From a virus (lineage: Duplodnaviria; Caudoviricetes): a DNA stretch of 37,780 bases. Each line of letters begins with the position of its first letter. Position 1 is the stretch's first letter. The position numbers and the translations under genes are program-made. The notes beneath the pieces were generated by a model. That model was not told the origin of the DNA, made no database searches, and worked only from the letters and a program-made list of their open reading frames with translations. The stretch lies in IMG/VR virus record IMGVR_UViG_3300020042_008470, positions 1 through 37,780 of that record; one strand, written 5' to 3'. Shown one piece after another: positions 18,894 to 29,143 of this stretch.

Positions 18894-19433
18894 TTAAGAA
18901 AAACTAACCTCAGTGGCCAAATGAATAAATTTAATATCACCTGTTGCCGTATCCCCGTCACGATAAAGTCGAACGATTAGCAAATCCCCGGCCGATACTC
19001 CGACACTGTTAACCTGGCCGAGTGTCGAGGTTAAATCCCAAATTACTTTTTGCGGTTCGTTTGCGTTGCCGGCCGTCATTGTAATGGCCGAATTAGTCGA
19101 CGTTCTTTGATTTGTTGTTGAGCTAACAAGGTCTACCTCGGAACGAATTAAGGTCGTTTGTGTAGATAATAAAATAGTGCCAGACGTGTTGGCGTTATAA
19201 ATAAGGCCGCGCATGTTAATTTGTGAGCCTGACGCGTACGATGTCGGCACCCGAATGGACGCGTATAACTCTTGAACCACGCCAAGGCTATAACTGTAAA
19301 CTTCTATGTAGTTTTCAAATGAAGCTATTGCGTGGTTATCAATCTCTAAAAACTTTAAAGACCCACCGCCGCCGCCGCCGGACCCACCGCTACGCGGAGT
19401 AAATAATGGTATGCCGCCTGAAATTGTTGCCAT
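18894..19433 (-). CDS. Putative virion beta-sandwich protein
   Basis: Gly linker plus VSAGDLLIVRLYR motif; AGGTGA SD. Confidence 0.55.
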   Translation of the reverse strand: MATISGGIPLFTPRSGGSGGGGGGSLKFLEIDNHAIASFENYIEVYSYSLGVVQELYASIRVPTSYASGSQINMRGLIYNANTSGTILLSTQTTLIRSEVDLVSSTTNQRTSTNSAITMTAGNANEPQKVIWDLTSTLGQVNSVGVSAGDLLIVRLYRDGDTATGDIKFIHLATEVSFS

Positions 19434-19445
19434 TAATCACCTAAA

Positions 19446-19496
19446 TCGAGAAGCGCCTGGTCCCGGCAATCCCTCGCCGAAACCGAGCGCCCCCGA
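19446..19496 (-). promoter_or_regulatory. Long intergenic RNA hairpin after the head genes
   Basis: On - strand TCGGGGGCGC-TC-GGTTTCGGCGA-GGGA-TTGCCGGGACC-AG-GCGCTTCTCGA; several G-U pairs that only work on this strand; GNRA loop. Confidence 0.7.
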
Positions 19497-19505
19497 AAAA
19501 ACTAT

Positions 19506-19955
19506 TTAGATATCAAAAGACTTTTTAATGTCTTGAGTTGCTTTAATTACAAACGCCGCCACTAAACCAGTTGACGCAGTGTTTGCACCGCCTGATTTAA
19601 TCGCAAGAACGTCACCCGCTTGCAACGCTGCAAGTGAAGATGATGCCGCATAAGTTGCGCCATACGCCCCACCACTCACGCCAAACGCAACCGCCATAGT
19701 CACTGAACCGCCTGGGTCAATAACTGTTAGGCCGGCTGACGTCCAACGTTGAATTTGTACGTTGTAAAACGGCGCGCCTGACAAACCTTGACCCGCTACT
19801 TTAAATGCAAGTAGTTGGCCTGGGCTTGGCACAAGTGCCGCTTGTAAAGTCGCGCCAACTGCAACAACCGCTGGGGCTGAGTAGCTAAGCACGATATTTT
19901 GCTCCGAACTGTCTAAGTCTCTATTTACTATTGCCATATCTGATACTCCTATCAA
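19506..19955 (-). CDS. Putative capsid decoration / minor head protein (start likely MAIVNRD)
   Basis: A/G/S/T-rich beta protein just downstream of the capsid gene. Confidence 0.55.
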   Translation of the reverse strand: MIGVSDMAIVNRDLDSSEQNIVLSYSAPAVVAVGATLQAALVPSPGQLLAFKVAGQGLSGAPFYNVQIQRWTSAGLTVIDPGGSVTMAVAFGVSGGAYGATYAASSSLAALQAGDVLAIKSGGANTASTGLVAAFVIKATQDIKKSFDI

Positions 19956-20403
19956 ATTTACGTCTAGGGTCTTTTGTTTTATCCATAGACGAAGTGTTAA
20001 CGTCCTTTAATGCCTCTTTGTAAACCGCATGCGTCTCTTCGGCGATTCCTTCAAATTTATTCATCCGGTCGCGCCGCTTTTCTTCATCCAGTCTGTCTCT
20101 TTCCTTTTCTAATTCGCGCCTTAGCTCGTCCCTGCGACTCAATGAAATCTCATTAAGCTTTGCAAGAACCGGCAAAACGCCCCAAGAAACCCCATCGCCA
20201 AAACTAGACCAATTGTGAGTCAGTCCAAATACTGGCGATAGGTCATCATACGCATACCGAATTATTTGGCCGTCTAAATCAAAAGCGTCCCAACGTCTTT
20301 TCTTTTGGCATATTTGTATAACACCATGAATAGACCGCCTTGCAGACAAGTCTCTGTCGAAACGCCTTACTAATTTATTAAACCTAAATAACTCAGTATC
20401 CAT
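19921..20403 (-). CDS. Hypothetical head-associated protein
   Basis: ORF directly after the major capsid gene. Confidence 0.6.
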   Translation of the reverse strand: MDTELFRFNKLVRRFDRDLSARRSIHGVIQICQKKRRWDAFDLDGQIIRYAYDDLSPVFGLTHNWSSFGDGVSWGVLPVLAKLNEISLSRRDELRRELEKERDRLDEEKRRDRMNKFEGIAEETHAVYKEALKDVNTSSMDKTKDPRRKFDRSIRYGNSK

Positions 20404-20405
20404 AA

Positions 20406-21620
20406 TTATGGGCTAACGTAATCTACCATCACGCCAGTTGCAGCGGCTTGACAGTTGAAAAGGTTAAAAAATTGACGAATACGAACTTCAAAGCTGTCGG
20501 CAGAAGTTTGCGCGATATACATTGAACCTGTTTCGTCAGCGAATTCCATTTCACAAAGAACCATCTTCTCGATGCAATCTTGTGACAACATGAATACGCG
20601 TTTAGGACAATCTTTATCAGCAACCCATGGCACGCCGGCAAACTCAAGGTATGATGAATCTTTGTTTGAAAAAGTGCCATCGCCTTTAACTGAGTTTACA
20701 TAACGCTTATCGGCCGTTAATAATTTGTCATACATGCGCTCGCTATCGTGGTCTGAATAAACCGCTGACAACTTACCACCGCCACGCTGACGGATAAGGT
20801 TATGAAGTTGTTTTAAGCTATCCAAAGACATTTGCGCGCCGTTTAGATCAACTACGTTACCTTGTGTAATTGGGTAATCAGCACGAACGATGTTGAAAAC
20901 AGTGCTAGTTGCGCCGTCAAGCTGAGTCAATAAACCCTGCACTTCATTGTTGTATGAACCTGAACGCACAATTACATCGTCAGCCGATACAGTCACGTTT
21001 GTGTCCAAAACAAGAGTCGCAGTCGACGCAGTTGCCGATCCAGTGATTGAGTTAATAGTTACAGCTGTCGCAACAGGGTTTGTGCCGTTGTAAATATCAA
21101 GCGACATACCAACATCTAAAAACTTTAGTGCTGGTTCGCCATCTTCGCGACCTTTAACAACGATTGAAGTTGTAGGTCCAGCGCCGGCGTTACATCGTGC
21201 TAGATCGGCTGTACCGTCCCAAGACAATTGACGGTTTACATCAGATGATAAATCTTTGTAACCCATCTCAAGCTCATGAGCGGCCTGACGAACAAACGAA
21301 CCCTTGTCGTTAGCGCTGGCTTTAATCATTGGGCCAGTTACACCAAAACGTAGGTAGTTAAATTTTGCGCTGATCTGAGCTTGTACACCGGCTTGACGAC
21401 CGATAGTAGGCAAAGTGCCACCGTCAGTAGTTGCGCCAATGCCTGGGTTACGACGCACACGTAGTGGGCGAATAACCTGATAGCCTGACCATGAAAACTT
21501 TGATTTATCAGCGCCACGATAGATTGGTAGATCTTCGTTAAACTGATCTTTTAGTGGACCTTGGTAAAAATTCTTAAGGTTGTATAAACCCGAAGAAATC
21601 CCCTGAAATGCATTAGACAT
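20406..21620 (-). CDS. Major capsid protein
   Basis: 404 aa directly after the scaffold; strongest SD (AGGAG); MCP-like DVNRQLSWDG, EFAGVPWVADKDCP. Confidence 0.85.
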   Translation of the reverse strand: MSNAFQGISSGLYNLKNFYQGPLKDQFNEDLPIYRGADKSKFSWSGYQVIRPLRVRRNPGIGATTDGGTLPTIGRQAGVQAQISAKFNYLRFGVTGPMIKASANDKGSFVRQAAHELEMGYKDLSSDVNRQLSWDGTADLARCNAGAGPTTSIVVKGREDGEPALKFLDVGMSLDIYNGTNPVATAVTINSITGSATASTATLVLDTNVTVSADDVIVRSGSYNNEVQGLLTQLDGATSTVFNIVRADYPITQGNVVDLNGAQMSLDSLKQLHNLIRQRGGGKLSAVYSDHDSERMYDKLLTADKRYVNSVKGDGTFSNKDSSYLEFAGVPWVADKDCPKRVFMLSQDCIEKMVLCEMEFADETGSMYIAQTSADSFEVRIRQFFNLFNCQAAATGVMVDYVSP

Positions 21621-21634
21621 AAATTACTCCTGTT

Positions 21635-22519
21635 TTAAAATTGTGACGTAATAATATCGTCAGCAACATCTTTTAATTTCATACGCTTCGGCGCTTCGCC
21701 TGGTATGCCGCCGCCTGGCGGTATGTCGCTAGCCTTACTATTAGCGTCTCTGATTGTTTTTAGTTTATTGTTTTGCCAATCAGTGAAGCGTTTTTCAAAG
21801 TGATCGTTTACGCTTTTATAAATGCCGTCGACAACGCGTTCATTTAAGTCTTTAAAACCAAAATCGGCGTTTTCTTCGCGCATCTTTGCCGTGTATTGTT
21901 CCATTGCATGGTAAACACTTGCAATCTCAGCGTTAGGATACTTTTTAGTGAACTTCTGCTCCCACGTTTCTAACTGACCCATAATTTGGGTTTGTTCAGC
22001 CTTAGTTTTTTCTTCTCTGAGTGATGATAAAAATTCATCGTGCTCTTTAAGTTTATTTAAGACCTCTTGTGGTAGCTCTTGCTTGGCAACCGACTGTGGT
22101 TGTCCATCTAAAATAGCATCCAAATAAGCATGAAACTTTTGTGGATAAACTTTTTTAAACTCGTCAGCCAAAGTCGGATTTTGTTTTACACTCTTTAGAT
22201 CCACGTGAAGGTTATCAAAGAATTTCTTCTCTTGAGCCATTGACTCAACAGATTTACGTTCTTCGGCCAACGCTTGGGTTTTCTTAGTGTAATCTTGGTG
22301 ACGCATATAAGCTTTTTTCAAATCCTCATACGTCATTTCTTGACCTTCAAACATAATCTTTTCGGCTTTAGAAAGATCAAGCGTTGCGCTTGGTTTGCTT
22401 TCGGCGGCTTGGTGACTTTGTTCTTGTGTCGGTTGTGTCGTCGTCTCCGGCGTCGAGTCGCTGGTCGCGGTGCTCTCGGCTGTGGCGGCCTGATCGGCCA
22501 ATCCGTTGAAACCTGACAT
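21635..22519 (-). CDS. Capsid scaffolding protein
   Basis: Acidic disordered N-terminus, YMRHQDYTKKTQALAEERK motif; sits between portal and MCP. Confidence 0.85.
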   Translation of the reverse strand: MSGFNGLADQAATAESTATSDSTPETTTQPTQEQSHQAAESKPSATLDLSKAEKIMFEGQEMTYEDLKKAYMRHQDYTKKTQALAEERKSVESMAQEKKFFDNLHVDLKSVKQNPTLADEFKKVYPQKFHAYLDAILDGQPQSVAKQELPQEVLNKLKEHDEFLSSLREEKTKAEQTQIMGQLETWEQKFTKKYPNAEIASVYHAMEQYTAKMREENADFGFKDLNERVVDGIYKSVNDHFEKRFTDWQNNKLKTIRDANSKASDIPPGGGIPGEAPKRMKLKDVADDIITSQF

Positions 22520-22568
22520 TTCGTGCCCCTTTATTTAGACTTCGCATAATCGCGAGTGGTCTTTTATA

Positions 22569-22871
22569 TTAATCTTCGATTGCATCCATTTTCGCGCGGT
22601 CACTCAAGTTTTTTGGTAACACGCCCTGTTTTTTCTTGCGCTTCATGTTATGCATTTCATCTTCGCCCATCAAATCCTCAGGCAACATCATGCTGTCTGA
22701 CATTTCTTCTTTGTCATCTTTTTTATCACCCGGCGCAGGCGCAAGACCCTGGACTTTCATTTCTGTTTCTTCATCGCCCTCAACCGCGCTAGGCTCTAAC
22801 TCTATTTTTACAACAATATTGCCCTGGCCTTTTTTCATATCTAGAATTTGGCCTAAAATATCTTTTAACAT
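22569..22871 (-). CDS. Small charged hypothetical protein
   Basis: TAATG-coupled to the portal gene. Confidence 0.6.
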   Translation of the reverse strand: MLKDILGQILDMKKGQGNIVVKIELEPSAVEGDEETEMKVQGLAPAPGDKKDDKEEMSDSMMLPEDLMGEDEMHNMKRKKKQGVLPKNLSDRAKMDAIED

Positions 22872-24907
22872 TACATATCCCCCATCATTTGATCGTCCAT
22901 TAATATATCAGCACCCGGCCCAGCGGCCTCGTCAGGTGGTAATTCATCTTGTGGTAAAGCTTCGTCAACTGGCGGCATGCCAGGCGGCGGTGGACCGGCT
23001 TCGGCTTGCACCGCTTGCACAATAAAAGTCTTGTGCTCTTCTAAGTTAGCTAAAAATATTTGCTTAATCTCTTCCGGATATGCCAAGAATTTATCAGTCT
23101 TACGCACTCGGTTTTTATAATCAAAATGAGCTTGGTGGTCATCGTCAGGATGAATTTGTGGCATCATGCCCATCTCAATTTCTTCCATTGACCGCTTAAT
23201 TTGTGCGTCGTTAACGAATTGATCTTCCCAAATACCCGACACGTCGCCAAATTCTAAATGCTCTAACAGTTTTCTGCGAATTGTCGGGTCATTTGGATCG
23301 CCGAGTAAACCCTGTTGATAAGCGTTTAACAATTCTTGTCGTTTCAGTGTTTTACTGTTTGGTAAAGTTGAGCCTCTAACAACCACTACGTCGAATGACT
23401 CTTTTAAATCTTCGCCTGTAAATTCTTTGACCACATACTCGCCCGACTGGCCGGCCTCTTTTAGATAACGTTTACCGTTGTAATAGCGAGCGGCGTATTT
23501 AGCGATTAAGCGACCAACGTCAGCCCAAGAGTTTTCATTAGACTCGGTAACAATACCAATTCTAGTTTCATCAGCCTCTTGTAATAGCTGCATTCCAATT
23601 GCCGGGATTGAAGCCGAAGGCATTTGACCCTTCGATACTTCGCTAATACCAGAAATTTCAGCCATTTCGCCTTTTAGCGTCTCACCGTCAGTATACACAT
23701 ATTGTGGCAACTGCGGCGGCACAACAGACTTCGGCGCTTCGGCATTTGGCACCGGGTTATATTGTACAACCTCAGTGTTATCCGTTAATGCTGACTCGGT
23801 TAAGCCCGCACCCTTTGCCGCGATAAATTTTAAATTTAAACCCTTATTTAAAAACTCAGCTTTACGCCGTAAATTTCTATTAAATTGATCTTGTAATGGT
23901 CGAATGTGAGTGATCACACTCTCTGAATAGAATTTACCGCCGACTTGAATATCATCAAACTTTACGAAATTAATCTCACCGCAGGGCAAAGATTTATACG
24001 TTAACAATACACCGTTTGCGACCACAATCATGCGGCCCTCAGGGTAACGCTTTGAAGCCTTTTCGTAGTAGGCTATCTCAATCGCCGAGTCTTTCATGTC
24101 GGTGTCCATTTGCCCACCGCTTGATTTGCTCGACATGTTGTTAATCTTAATTAAATTTTGAATAGACGTGAGCCAAGCGCCCTCTTGTTTTACTTCTTTG
24201 CCCTTTTCGCCATAGTTATTTCTAAAGTAGGCAAGTTTACGAACCTTCGCTTGTATCAACCATTGTGCGTCACTCACTCGTTGGGCAAGCGTATCGATAT
24301 ACACTTCGAGTGGTGAGCACACGTCAAAACCAATATCACCTTCGTGCTCTATCTCACCTTCGGGCGTGGCAAACTGTTTGCCCTTCATGCCGTCCCAGTA
24401 AACTTTGCCCCAAGAGTGACCGCCTTGCTGCATCCACATATATAAGTGAATACGCTTTTCATTAATGCGCTCTTGATCCCACACATTATTAATAACTTTT
24501 AACGTTAATCGTGCGGCGTCTTTATCCTCTTGGCCGTTTGTGTTTGGGCGAACATCATATCGCGGCGGGTTTTTAGCAAGACGTGAAAGTCTATTTTGAA
24601 CCGTTGGCAAAATAAGGTTGGCGTGAACTCTAGATTTTTGCGGGTAACCCGCTAATCCAGAATATGGCCGTAGTTGACGAGAGCGAGAATCAAAATATAC
24701 AGAATCATACCCCAGTAAATAAGCTGTATTTGTGATGACGTTGTTCTCAAACGTAATACGAGCAGGGTTATTTTTTGACTCATCGACTTTATTTTTAATA
24801 AAATTGCATAGCTCTTTTTCATCTTGCCCGCCAAGCTCTAAATCTTGTTGTGGACTAGCATTTGTGAAAGACGCAATTTTATCTTGAAGGCCCTTAAATA
24901 GATCCAT
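22871..24907 (-). CDS. Portal protein
   Basis: 678 aa after TerL; NLILPTV, IRPLQDQFN, EISGIS..SKG, acidic/Pro-rich tail as in P22-like portals. Confidence 0.85.
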   Translation of the reverse strand: MDLFKGLQDKIASFTNASPQQDLELGGQDEKELCNFIKNKVDESKNNPARITFENNVITNTAYLLGYDSVYFDSRSRQLRPYSGLAGYPQKSRVHANLILPTVQNRLSRLAKNPPRYDVRPNTNGQEDKDAARLTLKVINNVWDQERINEKRIHLYMWMQQGGHSWGKVYWDGMKGKQFATPEGEIEHEGDIGFDVCSPLEVYIDTLAQRVSDAQWLIQAKVRKLAYFRNNYGEKGKEVKQEGAWLTSIQNLIKINNMSSKSSGGQMDTDMKDSAIEIAYYEKASKRYPEGRMIVVANGVLLTYKSLPCGEINFVKFDDIQVGGKFYSESVITHIRPLQDQFNRNLRRKAEFLNKGLNLKFIAAKGAGLTESALTDNTEVVQYNPVPNAEAPKSVVPPQLPQYVYTDGETLKGEMAEISGISEVSKGQMPSASIPAIGMQLLQEADETRIGIVTESNENSWADVGRLIAKYAARYYNGKRYLKEAGQSGEYVVKEFTGEDLKESFDVVVVRGSTLPNSKTLKRQELLNAYQQGLLGDPNDPTIRRKLLEHLEFGDVSGIWEDQFVNDAQIKRSMEEIEMGMMPQIHPDDDHQAHFDYKNRVRKTDKFLAYPEEIKQIFLANLEEHKTFIVQAVQAEAGPPPPGMPPVDEALPQDELPPDEAAGPGADILMDDQMMGDM

Positions 24908-24922
24908 TAACCCTATCCGTGG

Positions 24923-25183
24923 TTATAGTCGCGTTAATTCAGATAACGCCCCAAAATCTTCGACCTCGTCAGCCTGCAACTTAATTGTGTCCTGCTTTTC
25001 ATCGGGTTTCAACTCGGCTGACTTAAACTCGAAATAGTTCCTAGACATAAGTTTGTTTAGTAGCTTGTGAGTGTTTAAAACCCAGAAAACATTTGTCAGT
25101 ACAAGTAACCCGGCTAACACCAATTCACTTGCGGGCACTGCGAACCCCACATGAAAACTCATCTTTAGGAAATACGATCTCAT
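24923..25183 (-). CDS. Small membrane protein (start uncertain)
   Basis: TM segment plus KLMSRNYFEF; between TerL-C and portal. Confidence 0.5.
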   Translation of the reverse strand: MRSYFLKMSFHVGFAVPASELVLAGLLVLTNVFWVLNTHKLLNKLMSRNYFEFKSAELKPDEKQDTIKLQADEVEDFGALSELTRL

Positions 25184-25565
25184 GACAGTTTAACCCATCG
25201 CGACGCGCCAGATCCTCGGCTTGGCCGGCCAAACAAAGTCTAATGTTTTTATAAATGTAATAGCCTACTGGATGAATTTTGCCGCCATAGAAATGCTTTA
25301 ACACCGCTTCATCGACTTCAATCCAGTCTGATTTTGTGGCCTGAGCATAAGCTACCGCCGCGTCTAGTTGAATGATCTTTTCAGCAATCGCCATGCGCTC
25401 TTCGTGGCTAGCTTTGGTTTCTTGTTTACCGACAACGTCAGAGATACTGACAACGCGTTCAGTAGGCTGTTCACTCAAACTCTTCTCGATGGGTTTGCGC
25501 TTGGCCTTCTGTGAGTCGTCTAATGTATTGCTTTTCATAGTCGGGGTGGTTGGGATTTGTGACAT
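25125..25565 (-). CDS. Hypothetical protein
   Basis: AGGA SD; overlaps the TerL-C tail. Confidence 0.6.
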   Translation of the reverse strand: MSQIPTTPTMKSNTLDDSQKAKRKPIEKSLSEQPTERVVSISDVVGKQETKASHEERMAIAEKIIQLDAAVAYAQATKSDWIEVDEAVLKHFYGGKIHPVGYYIYKNIRLCLAGQAEDLARRDGLNCHEIVFPKDEFSCGVRSARK

Positions 25566-26295
25566 TTGTTTCTTCCTTTGGTTTATCTGGGTAAAACGCT
25601 ATCTCTTCTATACTTGCTAAAGCATCCAATAAATCATCATGCGCGCCTCTAGGAAAACTCTTGTACTCAACGAACAAATCGTCAAGACCTTCGTTTACAA
25701 ATATTTTGCCATACTCAAATCTTGGGACAAGTGATCGAATTCTAAGCGGCTTGGAGTTGTTAGACCGTTTGCCGCCGTCCGTTGTAATGTTTGAGCGTCT
25801 AACGCCCTTAATGGGCACAATTTGGTTTCTTCGCTGCATTTCTTCGCTAAGAAAATGTAATAAAGCTCGTTGATAAGCCACGTCTTCGACACCGATAACC
25901 GATGGATTAAAGGCAGTATGAACGTCAAAAATGTGTTTAACGGTATCTGTCGCAGTAATCCTTTGACGGTGGGCGAGCCTGACATACCAGTTCTTTTGCC
26001 AATCAACGTGAACAACCACTGTTGCAGTAAAGTCAGCGCCATCATTAAGGCTGATAGCAGGGTCAATAAAAGCGAAAGTGTAATAATTTTCAGGTAACTT
26101 ATCATATTGTTTAAACCACCCAGCTTTGAAGTCTTGTTCCTCATCCGGTATGACCTGATTGAGATACTGGCTTGTAAATTTATACACGCCTTGCGATTTG
26201 CGAAGCTCATCAAGCTTAGCCTGGTCAAGCTTTTCAGGGAAGAATAAAGATCCGTCGTCATTGTAAGCGCCCTGATAAACTATACCCCAACTCAT
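25471..26295 (-). CDS. terL: Terminase large subunit, C-terminal part (end of ATPase/lid region + RNase H-like nuclease)
   Basis: LFFPEK, FTSQYLN, FIDPAIS..DFTA, GVEDVAYQ, K..RI, FPRGAHDDLLDALA. Confidence 0.9.
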   Translation of the reverse strand: MSWGIVYQGAYNDDGSLFFPEKLDQAKLDELRKSQGVYKFTSQYLNQVIPDEEQDFKAGWFKQYDKLPENYYTFAFIDPAISLNDGADFTATVVVHVDWQKNWYVRLAHRQRITATDTVKHIFDVHTAFNPSVIGVEDVAYQRALLHFLSEEMQRRNQIVPIKGVRRSNITTDGGKRSNNSKPLRIRSLVPRFEYGKIFVNEGLDDLFVEYKSFPRGAHDDLLDALASIEEIAFYPDKPKEETNVTNPNHPDYEKQYIRRLTEGQAQTHREEFE

Positions 26296-26966
26296 TAACT
26301 CGACACCGCAAAAGCGTTTTCTGCCGCCGTCTTTGCTTTTCTTACTGTTTCGGCCGCGTTGCCGGTATCTGCATAATCAACAAGAATTGCTTCCCACACT
26401 GACGCCGCTAAACCCTCAGGGCTTAACTCGGTTGGGCCGCCGGCCTCTGCGACCATAAAAGCTTTTGCCGTCATGTCTACGTCAGGCGTTAACACACACG
26501 CACTTGTTGCCGTTGCCGGTATGATACCGCCTAGACTTGCGTCGGGTGTCATCGTCATTGTTGAGTCGGCAACTGCGTCGACACCGGCCGACATATTCGC
26601 ATCACTATTTGAAATTGCTAAAACTGCGTCGGCACTCATCGGCACAATTTGATCAGCTTGTGCGTTTGTGTTTGTGATCGCCATAGTTGACGACGCCACA
26701 AGCGCGCGGCCCATCTTTGCGTCAGCGCTAGACTTAACTAAATTTAATATTGCTGGGTTAAACGAAGCCATGCCGCCGGCTTTTAACGGTAGTACTATGC
26801 CGCCAGTATTGTAACCGTTTGGCATACCCGACTTATCGTCAATAGCGCCGTTGCCTGCATACATGTTTCGCAAAAGATCGAGCCTTTGAAACGCTACTTT
26901 GTTATCGCCTGCAAAGACGCAGCTTTGATAACTAAACGTGTTTACTCGGTTAGGTCTTAAAGCCAT
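26295..26966 (-). CDS. Putative virion structural protein
   Basis: A/S/T-rich beta repeats; ELSPEGLAASVW C-terminus. Confidence 0.55.
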   Translation of the reverse strand: MALRPNRVNTFSYQSCVFAGDNKVAFQRLDLLRNMYAGNGAIDDKSGMPNGYNTGGIVLPLKAGGMASFNPAILNLVKSSADAKMGRALVASSTMAITNTNAQADQIVPMSADAVLAISNSDANMSAGVDAVADSTMTMTPDASLGGIIPATATSACVLTPDVDMTAKAFMVAEAGGPTELSPEGLAASVWEAILVDYADTGNAAETVRKAKTAAENAFAVSS

Positions 26967-27875
26967 TTATCCCCACGCAAATTCTAAGGACCCTGAAATA
27001 ATGTTACCATTCGCGGCCGCACCTGACGGCTGATAAAGTAAATTCAAACACGCGCCGTCTTGTATTTGTGGCAAGCTCGGCACTGCGCTTAAGAAGTCCA
27101 TAACCACCGGCACGTTAGCCGTCGTTAGTGGTATCTCGGCAAGTGGTTGGCATATCACAAGGGCCATTGTACCAGTTGAAGCGTGCGGAGTCGTGACTGT
27201 TACAACTTCAACAGACTTAATACCAGTGTCACCCGATTGTAATGGTAGAAACGGTCCTCTATTGTTGGCCGACGTGCCAGACGATGGGAAGCGACCGATA
27301 CCAACCGAAGCTGTAAAAACAGTTGTCGCACCTAGCGCGCGGCCCGTATCGGTGCCGCCTGTTGTTTGTCTTGTGTAGTTTAACTGTACGCTTGGCGTGT
27401 TAGCGCCCGATGCTACCGTATGTACAAAATACGCCCTGTTACCATTGCCGTTTGTATATCTAGATAGCGCTGAGCCGGCCGTTAATGTTTGCGCAGTTGC
27501 CGACGTTGAAACGATTGTCGGGTAATAGAGAAGTGTATCAGTCAATAATAAAGTGCCAACCGCTGAAGCCGCCGCGTTTGCAACGGCCACCGCTTTTAAT
27601 AAATGCTTCGTATCACTAGCGACAGTATTGCCGTGATAAATACCCCAACCTGTTGTTTCAGTCGGCACGGTCCCAGTTAACGCAGACCCCGCAAAGGTGT
27701 TAGCAACTGGCGAGCCTGATAAAAGTGATAAGTCATACCAAGAGCCGGCCGTATACGCACCGTTTGCAATCGTTTTGTTAAAGTCGGCCCGGTACCTTTT
27801 ACCGTTTACCGTCATTTCGTTAATTAAATCGTCAATACTAGAAAAGCCCATGCTACCCCCACGTAGTTGAAACAA
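26967..27875 (-). CDS. Putative virion protein, paralog of 27853-28758 (start likely MGFSSID)
   Basis: Shares AG.W.DLS, L.D..LYYP and GPF.PLQ.GD.GI.SVE motifs with its neighbour. Confidence 0.65.
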   Translation of the reverse strand: MFQLRGGSMGFSSIDDLINEMTVNGKRYRADFNKTIANGAYTAGSWYDLSLLSGSPVANTFAGSALTGTVPTETTGWGIYHGNTVASDTKHLLKAVAVANAAASAVGTLLLTDTLLYYPTIVSTSATAQTLTAGSALSRYTNGNGNRAYFVHTVASGANTPSVQLNYTRQTTGGTDTGRALGATTVFTASVGIGRFPSSGTSANNRGPFLPLQSGDTGIKSVEVVTVTTPHASTGTMALVICQPLAEIPLTTANVPVVMDFLSAVPSLPQIQDGACLNLLYQPSGAAANGNIISGSLEFAWG

Positions 27876-28758
27876 GACCGCTGACTACCGCCGCCGATAA
27901 AGACGAGGTAGGTAAACAAATAAAATTTAAATAAGCGCTATCATCAATCGTCACGCCTGAAACAAAGTCATAAAAGTTATCGTACTGACTCGGCGTTGAA
28001 AAGGTAGCAGTAACTTCAGTCAGCCCAATTTCACAAATAGGCTTTACTAACACTAGCGCCAAAATGCCGCCGTTAGACGCCACAAAGTTAATCGACTCAA
28101 CTGATCTTATACCAAGGTCACCGGCTTGCAGCGGTATGAACGGACCAGACCCGCCGACGTGTGTGCCTGAGTGAACTATCGTTGCCGCAAGCGCCGCCGT
28201 GTTTGTCGTGACTGTTGGCGATACGCGGCCTGCGGTGCCGTTCTGGTTTGTGTATGTAATGCTAAATTGTGCGTTGCCCGAATAAGACCCTTGGCTGACA
28301 AGAATTGCTCGGACGCCTGCGCCTGTGTTTGTTCGCGACAATACCGGCGTATTATCTAACGCTTGGTCGCCAGTCGCGTCCCCATCGATAAATGGGTAAT
28401 ACAGTATGTAATCACAAAGCAAAAGAGTTGAAGATTGAAACGCAGTCGACGACGAGTAGGCCAACAGTTTTTTAATATACTTTTTATCTGTCGATACCGG
28501 GCCGCCGTGCCAGATGCCCTTATTAGACGGCAATGTTGCCGCAACTAATGGCTCAGTTGCGTAGAAGTTAGCGGCCGGATTGCCAGGCGAATAACTAAGG
28601 TCGCACCACGTGCCGGCAACCGTTGCGTTAGAAACAACTTTTCTAAACGACGAAACCCATGACTTGCCGTCAGTAGTGATTGAGTCATTAACATCTTTAA
28701 ACCTTTGAAACCCAGGCACCGGATTAATCCAACGTGAATGACAATGCGCCGCCGGCAA
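27853..28758 (-). CDS. Putative virion protein, paralog of 26967-27875 (start likely GTG near 28719)
   Basis: Shared motifs; both proteins end in WG. Confidence 0.65.
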   Translation of the reverse strand: MPAAHCHSRWINPVPGFQRFKDVNDSITTDGKSWVSSFRKVVSNATVAGTWCDLSYSPGNPAANFYATEPLVAATLPSNKGIWHGGPVSTDKKYIKKLLAYSSSTAFQSSTLLLCDYILYYPFIDGDATGDQALDNTPVLSRTNTGAGVRAILVSQGSYSGNAQFSITYTNQNGTAGRVSPTVTTNTAALAATIVHSGTHVGGSGPFIPLQAGDLGIRSVESINFVASNGGILALVLVKPICEIGLTEVTATFSTPSQYDNFYDFVSGVTIDDSAYLNFICLPTSSLSAAVVSGLVSTTWG

Positions 28759-29134
28759 ACTGTGGTTGAACCCCTGTTGTAACTGTGATCGGTGAATTTA
28801 ATTCGGCGTACACAATTACCGTGCCGGCACCACTTGAAGTCGTAACAATCGCGGCGTGAGTGATAATGTTAGAGCCTGACGTGCAAGCGGGGAACTGTTC
28901 TAAGTTTGCGTTTGAAACAGAGTTGCCGCTGACAGTGAAATCAGTCGCTCGGGCAACGGCCACACGCGCATAGCTACCATAAGTTGATACCTCATTCGTG
29001 ACAGCTGACCCGGCTTCGTCCGGCGTTGCGGTGTAAAGCGCAAGCCATAGATCGGTGTTACCATTCCATGATAGTGCGGTGCCTACGAATACTTGGTTTA
29101 AAACCGCTGTTTCTGCGGTGTTAGAAAATGACAT
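28724..29134 (-). CDS. Phage tail-fibre-associated / structural protein
   Basis: MSFSN.AE..L, LALYTATP, SYARVAV, ITHAAI, P.F.GGAL...D pattern common in phage tail modules. Confidence 0.65.
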   Translation of the reverse strand: MSFSNTAETAVLNQVFVGTALSWNGNTDLWLALYTATPDEAGSAVTNEVSTYGSYARVAVARATDFTVSGNSVSNANLEQFPACTSGSNIITHAAIVTTSSGAGTVIVYAELNSPITVTTGVQPQFAGGALSFTLD

Positions 29135-29143
29135 TTAGTCCCC

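Noticed and set aside
20333-20341. Extra copy of the AAGGCGGTC motif on the - strand
   Set aside because: Only 9 nt, inside a coding region and not next to a start codon; compatible with chance.
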